A stretch of DNA of 9,183 nt from Candidatus Odinarchaeia archaeon. Its GTDB lineage: Archaea > Asgardarchaeota > Odinarchaeia > Odinarchaeales > Odinarchaeaceae. A program made the position numbers and the translations under genes. The notes under the pieces were generated by a model. It saw only the letters and a list, made by a program, of their open reading frames with translations, searched no databases and was not told where the DNA came from. Within the stretch, counting starts at the first letter, position 1. Each line of letters opens with the position of its first letter. Of the stretch, positions 6,109 through 9,183 are shown one piece after another. Location: NCBI GenBank assembly GCA_029856525.1, contig JAHQXC010000054.1, forward strand, positions 1-9,183, in the 5' to 3' direction.

Positions 6109-7353
6109 TTGAATAACATCAAATGGTCACCTGATATTGATGAAACATACCAATTAATTTTCAACACAATCGGTAAATATAATAAGCCTAAAAAACTCGG
6201 CAAAATCACACTTTTAGACACCACACTCAGAGAAGGAGAGCAGACTCCTAAAGTCGAGTTCAAACCAGAGGATAAAATAAAAATAGCCGACTTATTAAAC
6301 GACTTCGGCGTCGACATGATCGAACTATCCCCGTTAATCTCTAAAGAACATATTAAAGTGATTAAAACACTCGCCAGCAGAGGATATAAAAGCCAGATAA
6401 TAGCGCATATAAGAGCTTTAAAAGAGGACATAGACTTAGCTCTCCAATGCGACACGAAATGGATAGCAATGTTCATATCCACATCAGACATCCAGTTGAA
6501 AAGTAAACTTAAACTCACCCGTCAGCAAGCGGTCGATAAAGCCGTCGAAGCCATAGAATATGCTAAAAGCCACGGTTTCAAAATAAGAATGACCGCTGAG
6601 GATGCTAGTAGAACAGACCCTGAATTCTTAATCCAGTTCTGTAAGAGAATAGAGGAAGCCGGAGTGGATAGAATAGGAGTCCCCGACACTGTAGGCGTTC
6701 TAACACCAAACGGCATGCGAAACATGATATCAGCTGTGAAAAAAACTGTTAAAACACCTTTAGAAATACACTGCCACAACGACCTCGGCTTAGCCTTAGC
6801 TAACACACTAGCCGGAATAGAAGCAGGCGCGGAGACACCGCATCTAACAGTCAACGGGTTAGGGGAACGCGCTGGTATAACTTCGCTAGCAGAATTCGTT
6901 GTAGCGCTTAAAGTCTGCTATAACATACAGCTACCTGTTAAAATGGAGCTGCTAACACCGTTATCCAGAGTAGTCGCGGAAGCATCAAACCAGCCTATAC
7001 CGGTTAGAGCCCCGATAATAGGAGAAAACGCGTTTAAACATAAAGGTGGAACACATATCGCCGCGATCGTGAAAAACCCTGCAGCCTACGAGATCATACC
7101 GCCTGAAACAGTAGGCCAGAGTAGAAAAATCATATTCGGAAAATACTCCGGTAAAAACGCGGTGAAACTATTATTCTCGCTACTAGGGTTACCGAACAGC
7201 GACCAGAAGATACAGTTAACGCTGTCAAGAATAAAAGAACAAGGAGACTTTAAAGACTTTGAAATAGATCTCAAAGACCCTGCCGCGATATTCAATAAAA
7301 GATTTATAACTAGAACAGAACAAGACGAGTATTTATTCAACAACAACCATTAA
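6109..7353 (+). CDS. hcs: Homocitrate synthase (DRE-TIM metallolyase, LeuA/AksA superfamily)
   Basis: DTTLREGEQ (E rather than the D of typical IPMS), AHIRA, RMTAEDASR, PDTVG, HCHNDLG, NGLGERAG and AFKHKGGTH (isopropylmalate synthases typically have HESGIHQDG). No C-terminal LeuA regulatory domain. TTG start with a good RBS. Confidence 0.85.
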   Translation: MNNIKWSPDIDETYQLIFNTIGKYNKPKKLGKITLLDTTLREGEQTPKVEFKPEDKIKIADLLNDFGVDMIELSPLISKEHIKVIKTLASRGYKSQIIAHIRALKEDIDLALQCDTKWIAMFISTSDIQLKSKLKLTRQQAVDKAVEAIEYAKSHGFKIRMTAEDASRTDPEFLIQFCKRIEEAGVDRIGVPDTVGVLTPNGMRNMISAVKKTVKTPLEIHCHNDLGLALANTLAGIEAGAETPHLTVNGLGERAGITSLAEFVVALKVCYNIQLPVKMELLTPLSRVVAEASNQPIPVRAPIIGENAFKHKGGTHIAAIVKNPAAYEIIPPETVGQSRKIIFGKYSGKNAVKLLFSLLGLPNSDQKIQLTLSRIKEQGDFKDFEIDLKDPAAIFNKRFITRTEQDEYLFNNNH

Positions 7354-7385
7354 ACTGAAACACGCTTTCATTCAAGGTGAGATCG

Positions 7386-8633
7386 ATGGGCTTAACACTA
7401 GCTGAAAAAATACTCTCAGCGAAAACAGGCAGCAGAGTAGAAGCCGGAGACCTCATAGTAGTTGGAGTTGACCTTATAGTAGCCCATGACGGAACAGCTC
7501 CTATAGCGATAAACCAGCTTAAAGAACTCGGCTTAAACGTATTCAACCCAGATAAAATAATACTAGTATTAGATCACGCGGCGCCTAGCCCTAAAGACAC
7601 TGTAAGCAACCTACATAAAACTATAAGAGAGTTCGCTTGGAAAAATAATATTAAATTATACGACGTAGGGTGCGGTGTATGCCACCAGCTTCTAGTTGAA
7701 AACCATGTAAACCCTTTAACAGTAGTTTTAGGAGCTGACAGCCACACCTGCACATACGGTGCGCTAGGAGCCTTCGCAACCGGGATGGGGAGCACAGATA
7801 TAGCGGTGGCTATGGGCTACGGTCAAACATGGTTGAAGGTACCACACACGTATAAGATAAAAGTAGATGGAAAACTCCCCCCTCACGTCTACTCAAAAGA
7901 TCTAATATTAACTATTATAAAAAAAATTACAGCTTCAGGAGCCACATACATGTCAATGGAGTTCCACGGCTCAATTCTAAAACAGCTTACAATAGACGAC
8001 AGGTTCACAATAGCTAATATGGCTATTGAAGCCGGAGGTAAAACAGGCTTATTCCCAGTCGACGAGATAACCCTAAAATATTTAGAGAGCGCAGGCCGCC
8101 CCGCGAATATAAGACTAGAAGCTGACCCTGACGCATACTATCAGAAAGAACTTGAACTACACACATCAGAGCTTCAACCCGTTGTAGCCGCACCAGACCA
8201 GGTCGATAACGTTCACCCGGTAAGCGACTTCGAAGGACAGGAAGTCAACCAGGTTTTCATAGGCACGTGTACAAACGGCAGACTATCCGATCTACAAGCA
8301 GCGGCGCGTATACTAAAAGGAAACAAAGTAAACAGCCGAGTTAGACTTATAATACAACCCGCCTCCGCTAAAATATACCTTCAAGCCCTTAAAACAGGCC
8401 TAATAGAAACCTTCATCGAAGCCGGAGCCACTGTAAACCCCCCAGGCTGCGGGCCATGCATCGGCAGACACCTAGGCATACTAGCAGACGGAGAGATCTG
8501 TCTAAGCACACAGAATAGAAACTTTAAAGGTCGAATGGGAAACCCTAACAGTAAAATATACCTGTCAAACCCGGAGGTTGCAGCTTTAGCAGCTGTAAAA
8601 GGGTATATAACAGACCCTACAGGATACAGGTGA
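7386..8633 (+). CDS. hacA: Homoaconitase / 3-isopropylmalate dehydratase family large subunit
   Basis: [44 protein letters not shown], [4Fe-4S] ligands in IGTCTNGR and PGCGPC, and [15 protein letters not shown] 7386 follows an AGGTGA RBS (7375-7380) by 5 nt; the track's start is GTG 7377. Homoaconitase rather than LeuC is inferred from operon context. Confidence 0.85.
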   Translation: MGLTLAEKILSAKTGSRVEAGDLIVVGVDLIVAHDGTAPIAINQLKELGLNVFNPDKIILVLDHAAPSPKDTVSNLHKTIREFAWKNNIKLYDVGCGVCHQLLVENHVNPLTVVLGADSHTCTYGALGAFATGMGSTDIAVAMGYGQTWLKVPHTYKIKVDGKLPPHVYSKDLILTIIKKITASGATYMSMEFHGSILKQLTIDDRFTIANMAIEAGGKTGLFPVDEITLKYLESAGRPANIRLEADPDAYYQKELELHTSELQPVVAAPDQVDNVHPVSDFEGQEVNQVFIGTCTNGRLSDLQAAARILKGNKVNSRVRLIIQPASAKIYLQALKTGLIETFIEAGATVNPPGCGPCIGRHLGILADGEICLSTQNRNFKGRMGNPNSKIYLSNPEVAALAAVKGYITDPTGYR

Positions 8634-8638
8634 AAAAA

Positions 8639-9139
8639 ATGATATTAAAAGGACGCGTATGGAAGTTCGGCGATAACGTGAACACAGATGAAATAATCGC
8701 GGGTAAAAGACTCCTAACCCTAGACTTCGAGGAAATAGCGAAATACGCTTTCGAAGCGATTAAACCAGACTTCGCCGCGAAAGTTAAACCAGGAGACATA
8801 ATAATAGCAGGAGACAACTTCGGCTGCGGTTCCAGCCGTGAACAAGCCCCCATAGTAATAAAAAAACTAGGAGTAAGCGCGGTTATCGCCAACTATTTCG
8901 CGAGAATATTCTTCAGAAACGCTATAAACATAGGCTTACCGTTAATAGAAGCCCCGGGAGCTCATCAAACAGTTAACGAAGGAGATATAATCGAAGTAAA
9001 CCTGAAAGAAGGCGTAATAAAAAATCTCACATCAAACAGAGAAATACACTTCAAGAAAATACCACAATTCCTCACAGAAATACTATCAGAAGGCGGAGTA
9101 ATAAACTATCTAAAGAAAAACGGACGGTTCAAAGTTTAA
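8639..9139 (+). CDS. hacB: Homoaconitase / 3-isopropylmalate dehydratase family small subunit
   Basis: [46 protein letters not shown] and ILSEGG. ATG 8639 follows an AGGTGA RBS (8628-8633, overlapping the hacA stop) by 5 nt and gives the same residue numbering as M. jannaschii HacB (MIIKGR... versus MILKGR...). Confidence 0.85.
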   Translation: MILKGRVWKFGDNVNTDEIIAGKRLLTLDFEEIAKYAFEAIKPDFAAKVKPGDIIIAGDNFGCGSSREQAPIVIKKLGVSAVIANYFARIFFRNAINIGLPLIEAPGAHQTVNEGDIIEVNLKEGVIKNLTSNREIHFKKIPQFLTEILSEGGVINYLKKNGRFKV

Positions 9140-9183
9140 AACCGCATAATAAAACAGATTAAACATTAAACACTTAAACCAAC

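Noticed and set aside
6087-7795. Minus-strand ORFs 6087-6518, 6522-6854, 7086-7346, 7337-7546 and 7574-7795
   Set aside because: Antisense shadows of hcs/hacA. Long antisense frames are expected when the sense strand avoids T-ending codons, and none resembles a known protein.
8617-8892. 91-aa minus-strand ORF
   Set aside because: Antisense to the hacA/hacB junction; shadow ORF.
6109-9139. Annotation as leucine genes leuA-leuC-leuD
   Set aside because: The synthase has LREGEQ, AHxR and HKGGTH and lacks the LeuA regulatory domain, which favours homocitrate synthase. The dehydratase could still be bifunctional.
9159-9179. Three TTAAAC copies at the right edge
   Set aside because: Too short and irregularly spaced for a CRISPR or tandem repeat; fits the local A/C-rich composition, and the context is cut by the window edge.

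Overview
Archaeal genomic window. Evidence: class II GAPDH, archaeal-type ApgM, GGTGA/GAGG ribosome-binding sites, TATA/BRE-like promoters and frequent AGA/AGG and ATA codons. I cannot fix the lineage from the sequence; a TACK/Asgard-type organism is only a guess. The minus strand carries mobA-like -> cofE -> gap, then an rtcB that is missing from the ORF track because it runs off the left edge. This rtcB is interrupted at its active-site GYDIN|C junction by an intein whose LAGLIDADG homing endonuclease has lost both catalytic acidic residues. The plus strand carries apgM, a LysM-like Lrp/AsnC regulator, and a homocitrate synthase-homoaconitase (hacA/hacB) operon, i.e. the first steps of the alpha-aminoadipate / 2-oxoacid elongation pathway. 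Most interesting: (1) the in-frame but apparently nuclease-dead intein in RtcB; (2) a MobA-like protein with a rewritten nucleotide-binding loop directly abutting cofE; (3) an unusual R-L-L-T specificity loop in HacB; (4) a sharp synonymous-codon switch at about 6.0 kb between genes on the same strand; (5) candidate cis-regulatory elements near rtcB, gap and hcs. No CRISPR array, rRNA, tRNA or IS element was seen.
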